From a virus (Duplodnaviria > Caudoviricetes): a stretch of 64,000 bases of DNA. Where the stretch lies: positions 10,912-74,911 of the IMG/VR virus record IMGVR_UViG_2890351070_000001; one strand, 5' to 3'. Numbering within the stretch: the stretch's first letter is position 1; each line of letters starts with the position of its first letter. A program made the position numbers and the translations under genes. This document shows positions 1 to 9,670 of this stretch, in pieces. The notes below the pieces were generated by a model. It did no database searches. It was not told the origin of the DNA and saw nothing but the letters and a program-made list of their open reading frames with translations.

Positions 1-146
1 AAAGATAGCATAGTTCTATGATACTTTTCGTTCTCCTGATCCTGCAGGTAATATCTCTATGGGAAAATGCGCCTTACGATTAAAAAGCTCCGCTGATGTG
101 GGGCTTTTTTGTATTGGATAGCGATCAAGTTGAAAAGGAAATCAGA

Positions 147-1046
147 ATGCCAGGGTATAGTTCGCCAGGTGGCCATGGAAGCGATATAGGTGATCGTAGA
201 AGTAATAGTCCAAGTAGTACTCCTGGGGGAAACCCAGAGGGAGGTAGAGAAAAGAGGGATTGGAGTAAAAGAAATGCTGATGCAAGAGCTAAAGCCCAGA
301 AAGCAGCCAAACCAAAGGAGGTTGTTAAAGAAAAGAGAGGAGGATGGAAGCCTACTCCAAATATTGAAGAGATGGAATTTTATGATCCATCTCTGGATTG
401 GAGTCAAAATGTTGATCGTTATAACCAAAGTCAGGGCATAGGGAAGTATGGAGGGGGGGCTAATTCCAAACTTGGCTTTCATGAGATGCGTAATCGATCT
501 CAATTAAAAACTCCAGCAGCGAAACAAACATATTCTCAAAGAATTGCAGAAATAAATCATCCTGTTCAATCTGCGTTACGAGGTTTTTTATCTCATTTTG
601 TTCCTGGAGTAGTTGCATCAAAACTCACATACGATGCACAAGGTAATCTTGCAGATTATAGCGAGTTTGATCCGATTGACATGGCGACAGATTTAATTGC
701 AGTTGGTCCTAATCCGGGAATAAGAAAAGCACCTCAAATCGCTTATGGTGCCTTGAGACAAGCAGGATACGGTGCAAAGCCCTATACATCTATCCGATCA
801 CTGCCAGATGCTATGGCACAGGCCGCTCAAAGCAGTCGACAGCAAATGTCCCTGCGGAATTCATCAAATACAACTAGTAGATCTGTTTATGATCGAGCAA
901 CTCAGCAACTTTATCCAGTGGCTCCAAATGAAGAAGATTTACCCAACTTAGGCATTGGTGTTTCCCAAGGGAAATCCAGAGTACGCAAAGCACCAAAGCT
1001 ATCAACGCTAAAAGCCAGACGTGCAAACTTCGGTAGGGTGAGATAA
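147..1046 (+). CDS. phage hypothetical protein preceding portal (G/S/R-rich N-terminus, basic C-terminus)
   Basis: ATG 147 after AAGGA; homologous to 45428-46363 (shared KRDWS, YN..GIGKY.G, LG.GVSQGKS.VR.AP.LS.L). Confidence 0.75.
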   Translation: MPGYSSPGGHGSDIGDRRSNSPSSTPGGNPEGGREKRDWSKRNADARAKAQKAAKPKEVVKEKRGGWKPTPNIEEMEFYDPSLDWSQNVDRYNQSQGIGKYGGGANSKLGFHEMRNRSQLKTPAAKQTYSQRIAEINHPVQSALRGFLSHFVPGVVASKLTYDAQGNLADYSEFDPIDMATDLIAVGPNPGIRKAPQIAYGALRQAGYGAKPYTSIRSLPDAMAQAAQSSRQQMSLRNSSNTTSRSVYDRATQQLYPVAPNEEDLPNLGIGVSQGKSRVRKAPKLSTLKARRANFGRVR

Positions 1047-1364
1047 ATGGGATTAGCTAGTTTTTCATCTTATAATTATGAACCCACGAAAGACAGAGAT
1101 GTTGGGTTTCTAAAGAATAGCCTTTCATCCAACCGAGAAAATATAAGTGCCTCTCGGTCTTCTGGCAGTTCTAGCGGAAGCTTTCAAGCATCTCGGAGTT
1201 TGGATGGTGGATGGCGTTCACCTGAACAGGTTCTGTATCCAACTGTTAATAATCCAAAGCCTTTATTGACGCCCTATACCAGTTTGGCTCCATCACCTGT
1301 CCGACGGGTTCGTGGTTTGGCCACGTTAAATTTATACCGTCCTGAATATACCAAAATTCGTTGA
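1047..1364 (+). CDS. small Ser-rich basic protein, resembles C-terminus of the upstream gene
   Basis: Abuts upstream stop; QVLYP...VRRVRGLATLNLYRP parallels QQLYP...VRKAPKLSTLKARR. Confidence 0.55.
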   Translation: MGLASFSSYNYEPTKDRDVGFLKNSLSSNRENISASRSSGSSSGSFQASRSLDGGWRSPEQVLYPTVNNPKPLLTPYTSLAPSPVRRVRGLATLNLYRPEYTKIR

Positions 1365-1383
1365 GATTTATCTGCGTTATACT

Positions 1384-1431
1384 TTGTTTGAGTATAGGGG
1401 TAGCGGTATATTCGTTCTTGGATAAATAGGT
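1384..1431 (+). promoter_or_regulatory. sigma70-like promoter with module-1-specific downstream motif
   Basis: TTGTTT-17nt-TATATT followed by CGTTCTTGGATAAATAGGT, 17/19 identical to the motif at 13478-13496. Confidence 0.65.
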
Positions 1432-1504
1432 TCTTTGAATGTTACAATTGATCGACTGCCTCGTCGGTTTATCGAAATTAGAAAATTATGACGGACAAGT
1501 CTTG

Positions 1505-1538
1505 AACCCCTCGTATTTGATACGAGGGGTTTTGTTTT
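1505..1538 (+). terminator. intrinsic terminator in the leader of portal 1
   Basis: AACCCCTCGTAT-ttg-ATACGAGGGGTT followed by T-rich tract. Confidence 0.75.
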
Positions 1539-1583
1539 GGAGGCTTTGTTTTACTAGGGCAAATATAGTGAACTGGAGATCTT

Positions 1584-3245
1584 ATGGAACTTGCTGAGAA
1601 GGTAATTAATCGTCAGGCCGCGTTGGCAAATGAACGATCCAAGTTTGACAAGATCTGGGTGGAAACGGCTGAACGCCTCGATCCTTTCGGCTCGATACTG
1701 GAGGGCAGACGTGGGGACATGTCAAAGATGTTCAGCTCCCGTCCTTTACAGGATCTGGCGCGTTTTTCTGCGGCAATCGAAAGTCTGCTCATTCCACGGG
1801 GATCAATCTGGCATGGGTTAGAGCCTGTCGATGATGATTTGCGAGAGAGCGATGAAATTCAGGCCTGGGCAGAACAGCGTACGAAGAAGCTCTTTTCCAT
1901 TCGGTATATGGCGAGATCAGGCTTTGTCTCAAACACTCAACGGATGTTTCGGTCATTGGGGTGTTATGGCAATCAGGTGCTGATGACAGAGGAAGTACTA
2001 TCCAGAGGTCCGGGCGGTGAAGATTTGCCTCCTATTCGTTATCGCATGATCCCGATTATTGAATGCTTTCTGGCAACCACGGCCTGGGGACAGGTAGATA
2101 CCTTCTACCGGGTTTATAAGCTTACACTACGCCAGATTATTGATGAGTTTGGTCTGGAGGCTTTGCCTGAGTTTTTGATGACCCGATTGGACAAGCCAGA
2201 CTTGTTGGAAGAAAAGTTTGAAATTATCCATGCCATAGATACGACCCTGAGTGGGGATACGCAAACTGCCCTTCCCTGGCCATCTGTTCATGTTCTCAAA
2301 GGTCATCATCATGTCTTACGGCAGTCCGGCTATTACGAATTTCCCATTCACGCGTCATCATTCGTAGAGAGTGACGGCGAAGCTTATGGATGGGGGCCGG
2401 GCATGATGGCCCTGCCGGATATCAAACAGCTCAATGTGATGAACAAGACAACGATTGCAGCGGCTGAACAGGCAGTGTCACCAGCCTTTGCAACGGTGCA
2501 AAAGCTTAAGCGTAGACTGAATCTGAGTGCCAATGCAATCAATCCAGATCTTGTAACAGATGATGGACGTTTAAAAATTCAGCCAATTGTGACTGGTGCA
2601 CGACCGGATATCGGAGAACAATTGATTGCCAAGAAGCAGATGGATATCAGTGCGAATTTTTATGGGGATCTTTGGCAGATCCTTGTGAACAAGCCGGATA
2701 TGACCGCCTATGAAGCGGCGTTGCGGGCGCAGGAAAAGAACGAATTGATTGGGCCACCTTTTGCCAAGCAGGAAGAAATGCTGGCGTCTATGGTGATGCG
2801 TGAAAATGCAATTCTGGAACGACAGGCAGAGGACGGCATTATTGATTTGCCTCCTCGACCGGATGGATTAGAGGGCAAAAGTCTGACCCTGAAATTTACC
2901 AGCCCCATGGCTAAATTACGTCGTGCGGCAGAAGATGTGGGTATTCAACGGACGTTGGAAACGGCTGCGCAGCAGGCACAGTTCGACCCGACGATAATGG
3001 ATAACTTTGACCATGACCGTATTATTCGTGCCCGTGCAGATATTAATGGTATGCCCGCAGATTTGATGCGGCCTGTGGAAGACGTACAGGCAAGTAGACA
3101 GGCAAAAATAGATGCGGAGCAACAGCAGTTGATGGCGGCGCAGCAAGCACAGGATGTTGATACCGCAGGGAAAGCCTTGCCGATAATGGAAGCACTGGGG
3201 GCGGCTGGACTTAACCCTGATCAGATCCCGGAAGGAGAGGTTTAA
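1584..3245 (+). CDS. portal protein (head-tail connector, Bbp21-like)
   Basis: 553 aa, YGWGPGMMALPDIKQLN and MTAYEAALRAQEK motifs of podovirus portals; position; paralog of 46962-48602. Confidence 0.9.
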   Translation: MELAEKVINRQAALANERSKFDKIWVETAERLDPFGSILEGRRGDMSKMFSSRPLQDLARFSAAIESLLIPRGSIWHGLEPVDDDLRESDEIQAWAEQRTKKLFSIRYMARSGFVSNTQRMFRSLGCYGNQVLMTEEVLSRGPGGEDLPPIRYRMIPIIECFLATTAWGQVDTFYRVYKLTLRQIIDEFGLEALPEFLMTRLDKPDLLEEKFEIIHAIDTTLSGDTQTALPWPSVHVLKGHHHVLRQSGYYEFPIHASSFVESDGEAYGWGPGMMALPDIKQLNVMNKTTIAAAEQAVSPAFATVQKLKRRLNLSANAINPDLVTDDGRLKIQPIVTGARPDIGEQLIAKKQMDISANFYGDLWQILVNKPDMTAYEAALRAQEKNELIGPPFAKQEEMLASMVMRENAILERQAEDGIIDLPPRPDGLEGKSLTLKFTSPMAKLRRAAEDVGIQRTLETAAQQAQFDPTIMDNFDHDRIIRARADINGMPADLMRPVEDVQASRQAKIDAEQQQLMAAQQAQDVDTAGKALPIMEALGAAGLNPDQIPEGEV

Positions 3246-3249
3246 GGAT

Positions 3250-3531
3250 ATGCTTAAAGGCTGGCCCTTTTCCCTGCAAAAACAACACGAACTTGTCGAG
3301 GCTTATAGTCGACTTTTTGCGTCAAGTGATGGTCAGATTGTTTTGGCCGATATTCTTGACCAGGCGCAAGCTTTTGAGGCGACGCCCCCTGATGGGCCGT
3401 CTGTCTTCAATGACGGAAAGCGTGCTGTTGCGTTTGATATTCTTCGTAAAGCTTCTGTCAGTTCTGACTTAAGAGCAGAGCTGGCAAAAGCAACTTATCT
3501 GAAACAAGAGGAAGATACACAGAATGAGTGA
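3250..3531 (+). CDS. Bbp19-like small phage protein
   Basis: AY.RLF...DGQIVLADI...FNDGKRAV motif, directly after portal. Confidence 0.75.
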   Translation: MLKGWPFSLQKQHELVEAYSRLFASSDGQIVLADILDQAQAFEATPPDGPSVFNDGKRAVAFDILRKASVSSDLRAELAKATYLKQEEDTQNE

Positions 3532-4333
3532 CGATCCCGGTTCAAGTAGTCATGAGTTTTCGGGAGCCGAAAGTCCCGGTTATTCACAACCTTCTCCAGA
3601 TCAGCCCGCATCGCAAGATAGCGGGTCTTTTTATGCCGAAAATTCAAGCTATGCTCAAAACCAAAGTAATGATGACGGTGTAAATACCCAGGTTTTTGAA
3701 GCGCATGGTGGGGCATCCAATGAGGTTCTTCCAGAAAGCGAAGATCATACCATTGGGCAGGATGGTTATATCAAGTTACCCACAGAAGGGGCCAATGAAG
3801 ACGAAATTGACGCTTTTTATGAAGCGTTGGGCGTGCCGGAAACCCCGGATGGTTACGAACTGGAAGTTCCTGAAGAGCTCAGTTCTCAGCATAGTGAGGA
3901 AGACTGGAAAGCCTATACCGGAGCTATTAGTGAGTTGTCGCATGCACTGGGGCTTTCGCCAGAACAGGCACAGGCCCTGGCTGATATGGATTTACAGGCC
4001 AAAACACAATCCATGGAAAACATGGAGCGTGAGCAAGAACAGTATCTGAGCCAACAAATTGAGGAAACCACGGAAACGCTTCGCGATGAGTGGGGATCCA
4101 AAATGGATGTGAATGTCAGAACTGCCAATCGTGCCCTGAAGGCATTGGGTGGTTCTGAACTTGAGGGGGTGTTGTCTGAGGCCGGGGTTCTGAACGACCC
4201 TGTTGTCATTCGCGCCTTTCATAAAGCTGGCCTCTCCCTGGTAGAGGACAGCAGCCCCGGCGGTGCCGGTGCAACCAGACGCAACAAATCTGCTGCGGAA
4301 ATTCTCTACCCATCATCTACTAAGGAAGGCTGA
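3524..4333 (+). CDS. capsid scaffolding/assembly protein
   Basis: Acidic; LGVPETPDGYEL, LSPEQAQAL, LRDEWG motifs; precedes capsid gene. Confidence 0.8.
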   Translation: MSDDPGSSSHEFSGAESPGYSQPSPDQPASQDSGSFYAENSSYAQNQSNDDGVNTQVFEAHGGASNEVLPESEDHTIGQDGYIKLPTEGANEDEIDAFYEALGVPETPDGYELEVPEELSSQHSEEDWKAYTGAISELSHALGLSPEQAQALADMDLQAKTQSMENMEREQEQYLSQQIEETTETLRDEWGSKMDVNVRTANRALKALGGSELEGVLSEAGVLNDPVVIRAFHKAGLSLVEDSSPGGAGATRRNKSAAEILYPSSTKEG

Positions 4334-4335
4334 TC

Positions 4336-5355
4336 ATGGCTACACTTGGAAATACTTTTGTCGATCTTATCGATATTTACAAACAAACTGATCCAAATGG
4401 TTCTACGGCAACCATTATTGAGCTTCTCAAACAGCAAAATCCTATTCTGGATGATGCGATTGCGATGGAGTGTAATAAAGGATCAGAACACCTGCATACC
4501 ATTCGTACCGGTTTGCCGTCTGTTTCCTGGGGCGCGTTGTATCAGGGGATCACGCAATCAAAAGCCAAGCAGCAACAGGTAACCGATACAACAGGTTATC
4601 TGGAAGCTTTGGCAACCATTGATGAGCGTGTTCTAAGCTTGTCAAAAAATGAAGCGGGTGTCCGTCTTAACGAAGCTATGGCGTTCATGGAATCAATGAA
4701 CCAGGAAGCGGCTTCGGGGCTGTTTTATCATGACACAGCCTCTACCCCTGAAAAGTTCAAAGGGCTTTCTGCGCGATTTAGTGCCATTGGTGGCGGCGGT
4801 GCCGGCGAACAGGTCATTGACGCTGGTGGTACAGGATCTGACAACACGTCTATCTGGTTTGTTACCTGGGGCGATCGTCATTGTCATCTGCTTTATCCGC
4901 AAGGCACAAAAGCTGGCTTGCAACGGGACGATATGGGCCGTCAACGCGTTTTGGATGAAAACAATAATCCATACTATGTGAAGGAAGAAAAATTCACATG
5001 GCATCTTGGTTTGGCGGTCAAAGATTGGCGTTATGTATCCCGTGTTGCCAACATTGATGTGTCTGAAATGCAGGCGGGTAATGTGAAACTGTATGATTTC
5101 ATGCGTAAAGCCTATTACAAGCTGCAAAGTCGTATCCGTCGCGGAGATGCGGCAGGCGGTCGTCAGGTTATCTATTGTAACCGTGATGTGCTTGAAGCTT
5201 TGGACGCACTAGCCACGAATGCCGGGGCCGGAGACAACTTTGTTCGTCTGAAAGACAGTGAACTGGAAGGTCAGGAAGTTCTGACCTATCGCGGTATTCC
5301 AATTCGTGAAACCGATGCGTTGCTCAATACTGAAGCACGCGTTTTGTCTGCTTAA
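4336..5355 (+). CDS. major capsid protein (BPP-1 Bbp17/epsilon15-like HK97 fold)
   Basis: 339 aa, IRTGLPSVSW and GTGSDNTSIWFVTWG motifs; near-identical protein at 49573-50592. Confidence 0.92.
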   Translation: MATLGNTFVDLIDIYKQTDPNGSTATIIELLKQQNPILDDAIAMECNKGSEHLHTIRTGLPSVSWGALYQGITQSKAKQQQVTDTTGYLEALATIDERVLSLSKNEAGVRLNEAMAFMESMNQEAASGLFYHDTASTPEKFKGLSARFSAIGGGGAGEQVIDAGGTGSDNTSIWFVTWGDRHCHLLYPQGTKAGLQRDDMGRQRVLDENNNPYYVKEEKFTWHLGLAVKDWRYVSRVANIDVSEMQAGNVKLYDFMRKAYYKLQSRIRRGDAAGGRQVIYCNRDVLEALDALATNAGAGDNFVRLKDSELEGQEVLTYRGIPIRETDALLNTEARVLSA

Positions 5356-5364
5356 TCCTAGCAA

Positions 5365-5429
5365 AAATCTAGGGGTCAAAGTTTAGGGCCAAATTTAGAG
5401 GTCGGGCTTAAAGACCAAATTTAGAGAGA
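5365..5429. repeat. five degenerate 13-bp tandem units between capsid and cement genes
   Basis: AAATCTAGGGGTC / AAAGTTTAGGGCC / AAATTTAGAGGTC / GGGCTTAAAGACC / AAATTTAGAGAGA. Confidence 0.6.
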
Positions 5430-5437
5430 GATTTAAT

Positions 5438-5860
5438 ATGATTCATAGTAAGCAACTCACCTTCTCTGATCAGCAGGCAATTACCAGTACTGCTGCATCA
5501 ACCAACATTCTTGATCTTGGTGCAACCGGAACAGTTGTCGGTGCATCTGCTACGCTGCCAAGTAACCCTGGTGATGGTACTGCGGTGCCGTTGAATGTAC
5601 AGGTGACAGAGGATTTCAACAATCTGACGTCACTTAAGATTGGAATTGAAGTGGATAGCACAACAAGCTTCTCTTCTCCGCGTGAAGTATTGTCCCAGTC
5701 TATTGTACGGGCCGACCTCGTCGCTGGTAAACAGACGTCTTTCCACATTCTGCCCAAAGGTTTGAATGAACGTTATATGCGTCTGCGTTATACCGTGACG
5801 GGCACAAATCCGACCAACGGTAAAATTTCGGCGGCAATTGTGGCCGGAGTGCAGAGTTAA
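5438..5860 (+). CDS. capsid cement/decoration protein (Bbp16-like)
   Basis: FSDQQAIT...STNILDLG, RYMRLRYTV, GKISAAIV motifs. Confidence 0.82.
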   Translation: MIHSKQLTFSDQQAITSTAASTNILDLGATGTVVGASATLPSNPGDGTAVPLNVQVTEDFNNLTSLKIGIEVDSTTSFSSPREVLSQSIVRADLVAGKQTSFHILPKGLNERYMRLRYTVTGTNPTNGKISAAIVAGVQS

Positions 5861-6096
5861 TGGCGCTGCGGGCAAAATCAGCAAAAGGAGCGACTACAAA
5901 GGAGACGCGTCGTGCTGCACGATCAGTGTCTGCTGAAAACCTTTCCGGTGTCCAAAATACTGTGTCGGAAGCTGTGTCGTTGAATGTACGGGCGATTGCC
6001 TTGGGTTATTACGGTGCCCAACTCAGGGAGGAGGGGGATACCTTTGAATTGAGAGAGGCAGAGCACTTTTCATCCAGCTGGATGAAAAGGATTTAG
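5860..6096 (+). CDS. small phage structural-region protein
   Basis: GYYG..LRE.G..F.L....HFS..WM shared with 51025-51312. Confidence 0.7.
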   Translation: MALRAKSAKGATTKETRRAARSVSAENLSGVQNTVSEAVSLNVRAIALGYYGAQLREEGDTFELREAEHFSSSWMKRI

Positions 6097-6132
6097 CGTC
6101 ATCAAGGGTTAAAATTTCCTTTGATGTTTGAG

Positions 6133-6166
6133 AAAACGGGAGATCGGAACACTGATCTCCCGTTTT
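6133..6166 (+). terminator. intrinsic terminator after head genes
   Basis: AAAACGGGAGATC...GATCTCCCGTTTT inverted repeat. Confidence 0.75.
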
Positions 6167-6199
6167 ATATTTTCCCATAATTACAGGTCAGGAAAACAG

Positions 6200-6778
6200 A
6201 TGAGCAGCAAGGTTGAAATCTGTCGGGATGCTTTGCAGATCCTGGGGGATAAATCGATTGTCAGCCTGGAAGACAGCAGCAAAGAAGCACGACAGTGCAA
6301 GATTGCCTATCCCAGAGCGGTAGAGACCGTCTTGCGTAGCTATCCCTGGTCGTGCGCCATTCGTCGGGTCAAACTGGCTGCATCAGCAGAAGTATCTGCT
6401 TTTGGAGAGTGGAAACGATATCGCCGCCCGGTTGATGACATTCAGGTTTTGCCGATCACAACGACAGGTGAAGCCAATGGCTTACCCGTGACCTATCAAC
6501 TAGAGGGACGGTATATCCTGTGCCACCAAGACGCACCGCTTTATTATCGCTATATCAGTAGTGAGGTTGAACCGTCTGATATGCCGCCGGATTTACGCCG
6601 TGTTGTGGCAACTCAGTTGGCCGTGAGATTGGCAGAGGTTCTGACCGGATCGCAAACCAAATTGAATATGGCTCTTGGTCTCTATCGGAATGATTTGGCT
6701 CAGGCAAAAGCCAACGACATGATGGAAGATGGTGTGAGTGATATTATGTCTTCATCATGGGTGGAGGCGCGAAACTGA
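6200..6778 (+). CDS. tail adaptor / tail tubular protein A-like
   Basis: ATG 6200; EICRDALQILG...VLRSYPWSCAIRR; protein identical to 51394-51972. Confidence 0.82.
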   Translation: MSSKVEICRDALQILGDKSIVSLEDSSKEARQCKIAYPRAVETVLRSYPWSCAIRRVKLAASAEVSAFGEWKRYRRPVDDIQVLPITTTGEANGLPVTYQLEGRYILCHQDAPLYYRYISSEVEPSDMPPDLRRVVATQLAVRLAEVLTGSQTKLNMALGLYRNDLAQAKANDMMEDGVSDIMSSSWVEARN

Positions 6779-8541
6779 TGCCACCAAGAACCCTTCAGGC
6801 CAGCTTTGTTCGCGGCGAGATTACGCCCCGATTACATGGACGGGAAGATACACAGCTTTACCAAACAGGATTGGCGCTGTGCGAAAACTGGATCGTCCTC
6901 CCGCATGGTGGCATGACGCGGCGTCCTGGAACACGATTTGTCGCAAAAGCAAAACATGCGGATAAAGAATGTCGCCTTATTTCGTTCGAATATTCGACAG
7001 AAGACGCCTATATTCTGGAAATTGGCGATCTTTACATGCGGTTTTACCGTGATTTCGGGCAAATAGAAAAAGATGATGCCCCCTATGAAATTACCACACC
7101 TTATAAGGAAGAAGAGCTGTTTGATCTGGTTTTTACCCAGACGGAAAACAGTCTGTGGATTGTGCACAAGGATCATCCGCCAAAAGAATTGAAACGAAAT
7201 GATCATGCCGATTGGGCCTTGGCGGATATTACCTTTACCGCCAAACCGTCGGAATGGAAGGCAGGGAATTATCCCAGACGTTGCTCCTTTTATCAGCAGC
7301 GATCTATTTTTGCCTCACCACCTGATCAGCCACAAACCATCTGGACATCGAAAACATCTAATGAGAAAAATTTCACTTTAGGCACCAATGCTGACGATGC
7401 GTTTAAAGCCACGATCAAGGCCGGACAAGTCAACCACATTCAATGGATGGTCGAGGGACGTGCCCTAATGATGGGGACATCCGGAGCCACAAGGACATTG
7501 AGTGGATCTTCGGCCAATGAAGCCCTGACGGTTACGTCGGTTATCAACCGCCGCCATACCACCGAGGGATCAGCGGCTATTCCACCTATCCAGAAGGGGG
7601 AGGTGGCTCTATTTTTAAGCCGGAATAGAAAACGGTTGCATGAATTTGTGTTCTCGTTTGAGCGAGACAGCTTTATTGCGCCCGATCAAACCTTTTTATC
7701 CCAACATATAACGGGAACCGGGATCAAGGATATGGACATGGTCAATGACCCTGATTCCATTATCTGGATGGTCCGGGACGATGGACAACTGGTTGGCGTT
7801 ACTTATGAAAAATCTCAAGAGGTTGTCGCGTTCCACCGTCATAAGCTGGGCGGTTCAACAGACGAACATGAGTGGGGCGAAGTTGAAACCGTTGCTGTGA
7901 CCTATGAAGCCAAGCGTGAAGTTTTGTGGCTGTCGGTTAAACGTAAAGTCAATGGAGAAATTGTGCGCCACATTGAATTTATGGAAGCCGGGTTTGATGA
8001 TGGTCTGGACAAAAAAGACGCCTTCTTTGTGGATTGCGGCGGAACCTATGAAGGTGTCGCGGCGAACACAATTAATGGTTTTGATCATCTGATCGGGCAA
8101 GAGGTGGATATATTACACGATGGCAAGGTGTCTCCGCGATCAACGGTGGCAAATGATGGCAAGGTATCGCTAAAAAATAACCGTACAGGTTTGAAAATTA
8201 CAGCTGGCTTGCCTTACCAGTCGGTCGTACAGCCCTTGTCCCCGATTGTTGCTTTGCAAAATGGGACAGGCCGAGGCAAGAAAAAGCGTGTTGTTTCCAT
8301 GGGCGTTGATGTGATGAACACGGGAACAATCGAAGCCGGAGACAGCCTGGAAGACACTCAAACACATATCTTCCGCGATGGATCAACACCCTTTGGTCAA
8401 TCCCCGGATCTCTACACCGGGTACTTGGAAATTGATCCGGAAAACGGCTTTAGCGACAAGGCGCAAATTTTTATCAGAGCAAGACAGCCGTTACCGGCTA
8501 CTATCCGGTCACTCATCACAGAAGTACAGTCAGAGGGGTAA
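6778..8541 (+). CDS. tail nozzle / tail tubular protein B-like
   Basis: TGATG coupling; SFVRGEITPRLHGR and PHGGMTRRPGTRFV N-terminal motifs. Confidence 0.85.
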   Translation: MPPRTLQASFVRGEITPRLHGREDTQLYQTGLALCENWIVLPHGGMTRRPGTRFVAKAKHADKECRLISFEYSTEDAYILEIGDLYMRFYRDFGQIEKDDAPYEITTPYKEEELFDLVFTQTENSLWIVHKDHPPKELKRNDHADWALADITFTAKPSEWKAGNYPRRCSFYQQRSIFASPPDQPQTIWTSKTSNEKNFTLGTNADDAFKATIKAGQVNHIQWMVEGRALMMGTSGATRTLSGSSANEALTVTSVINRRHTTEGSAAIPPIQKGEVALFLSRNRKRLHEFVFSFERDSFIAPDQTFLSQHITGTGIKDMDMVNDPDSIIWMVRDDGQLVGVTYEKSQEVVAFHRHKLGGSTDEHEWGEVETVAVTYEAKREVLWLSVKRKVNGEIVRHIEFMEAGFDDGLDKKDAFFVDCGGTYEGVAANTINGFDHLIGQEVDILHDGKVSPRSTVANDGKVSLKNNRTGLKITAGLPYQSVVQPLSPIVALQNGTGRGKKKRVVSMGVDVMNTGTIEAGDSLEDTQTHIFRDGSTPFGQSPDLYTGYLEIDPENGFSDKAQIFIRARQPLPATIRSLITEVQSEG

Positions 8542-8545
8542 AGTT

Positions 8546-8989
8546 ATGGGATGGTTCAAAAATATATTTAAAGGTGTCAAAAAAGTTTTAAAAGGCGCGG
8601 TTCCTGTTGTTGCAGGCTTAGCAGGTATTGGCGGACTGGCATCGACGGCTGGTTTGCTTGGGGCAGGTGGGGCTCTTTTTAACGGTTTTTCCCAACGTAA
8701 ACGTGCCAAAAAACAGGCCAAAATGGCCCGAAGATTTGCGGCACAAGAGGCCGCGATTAGCCGGCGAAATACACAACGTTTGGCGGGGCAGCAACGTGCC
8801 AATTTTGCAGCGGCAGGCTTGAAAATTGAAGGCAGCCCAGCTTTGTTGATTGAAGAGACTGAAAAACTGGGGGCGCAGGAAGTTGATAATATTCTCTACG
8901 CCGGAAATCAGAAAGCCAAAGCTTATAAACGTGCCGGAAACAACGCTATGATCGGTGGCTTCTTGAATGCGGGATCAAGCTTCTTATAG
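8546..8989 (+). CDS. small internal virion (ejection) protein
   Basis: Gly/Ala-rich hydrophobic segments; GQQRANFAAAG..IEGSPALL shared with 53736-54203. Confidence 0.75.
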   Translation: MGWFKNIFKGVKKVLKGAVPVVAGLAGIGGLASTAGLLGAGGALFNGFSQRKRAKKQAKMARRFAAQEAAISRRNTQRLAGQQRANFAAAGLKIEGSPALLIEETEKLGAQEVDNILYAGNQKAKAYKRAGNNAMIGGFLNAGSSFL

Positions 8990-9088
8990 TTATTGATATG
9001 CGTGATAATTTTAAACCTTATGGTTGAATTTAATGTTGCTTTCTGAGTTAATTGGCTATCTGAATTTGATAGAAAATGAGATCATTGA

Positions 9089-9670
9089 ATGTTTATGACA
9101 GCTATTCAGTCACGTTTTAAGGAAATAGAATTCAAACGGGTATTGAAAGCCTTTATCATTTCTATACTGGTTCTTTTTCTTCTGACCTTTGTATATGAAT
9201 TTATTGATAAAATTTATTATGACTTTATTTCTATAGATGAAAAGAACCCTCAAAAGACAAATATGCTTCTGGAGAGAGTTCTGGAGTTGATCATAAAGTT
9301 TTCGCTTTATTTAATTCTCTATCAAATTCCGTCAAATTTGCCTGTTCTCTTGGGGGGATTGGTCCTGAATTTCTTTAAAGTGAAACGGATCATTTGGACA
9401 TATTTGCTCTTTGTTATCTGCTTCATTTCATATGATATTTATAACCTGTTTGAATTTATGTATCCACGTCAAGGTCCATCAACGTTTGGTTATAGCACGA
9501 GGGATTGCGTGGCTATTGTTGACAATGTTCGGACCGCTTGCGGGTATGAAATCTGGGCAAAAGGTTTTTTTGTGGATTTAGCTGAAGGTTTGATTGGTGC
9601 CGTAGTTTATTTGAGATTTTATCAAAAAGGAACAAAAGAGAATGTCAGACAAGTGGCAGATAAATATTGA
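9089..9670 (+). CDS. multi-pass membrane protein, no counterpart in the prophage copy
   Basis: About 4 hydrophobic helices, AT-rich DNA, CVAIVDNVRTACG loop. Confidence 0.65.
   Translation: MFMTAIQSRFKEIEFKRVLKAFIISILVLFLLTFVYEFIDKIYYDFISIDEKNPQKTNMLLERVLELIIKFSLYLILYQIPSNLPVLLGGLVLNFFKVKRIIWTYLLFVICFISYDIYNLFEFMYPRQGPSTFGYSTRDCVAIVDNVRTACGYEIWAKGFFVDLAEGLIGAVVYLRFYQKGTKENVRQVADKY

Noticed and set aside
57-503. Reverse-strand hydrophobic ORF and similar short antisense ORFs across the structural genes
   Set aside because: Antisense shadows of purine-rich real genes, without RBS or coupling, unlike the bridge ORFs reported
4336-5355. Encapsulin nanocompartment
   Set aside because: Capsid gene is flanked by portal, scaffold, tail and lysis genes, not an enzyme cargo
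5365-5429. CRISPR array
   Set aside because: Units are 13 bp, contiguous, without spacers, and no cas genes are present
5340-5440. T7-style programmed frameshift extending the capsid protein
   Set aside because: No convincing slippery site, and the spacer is not conserved in the prophage copy
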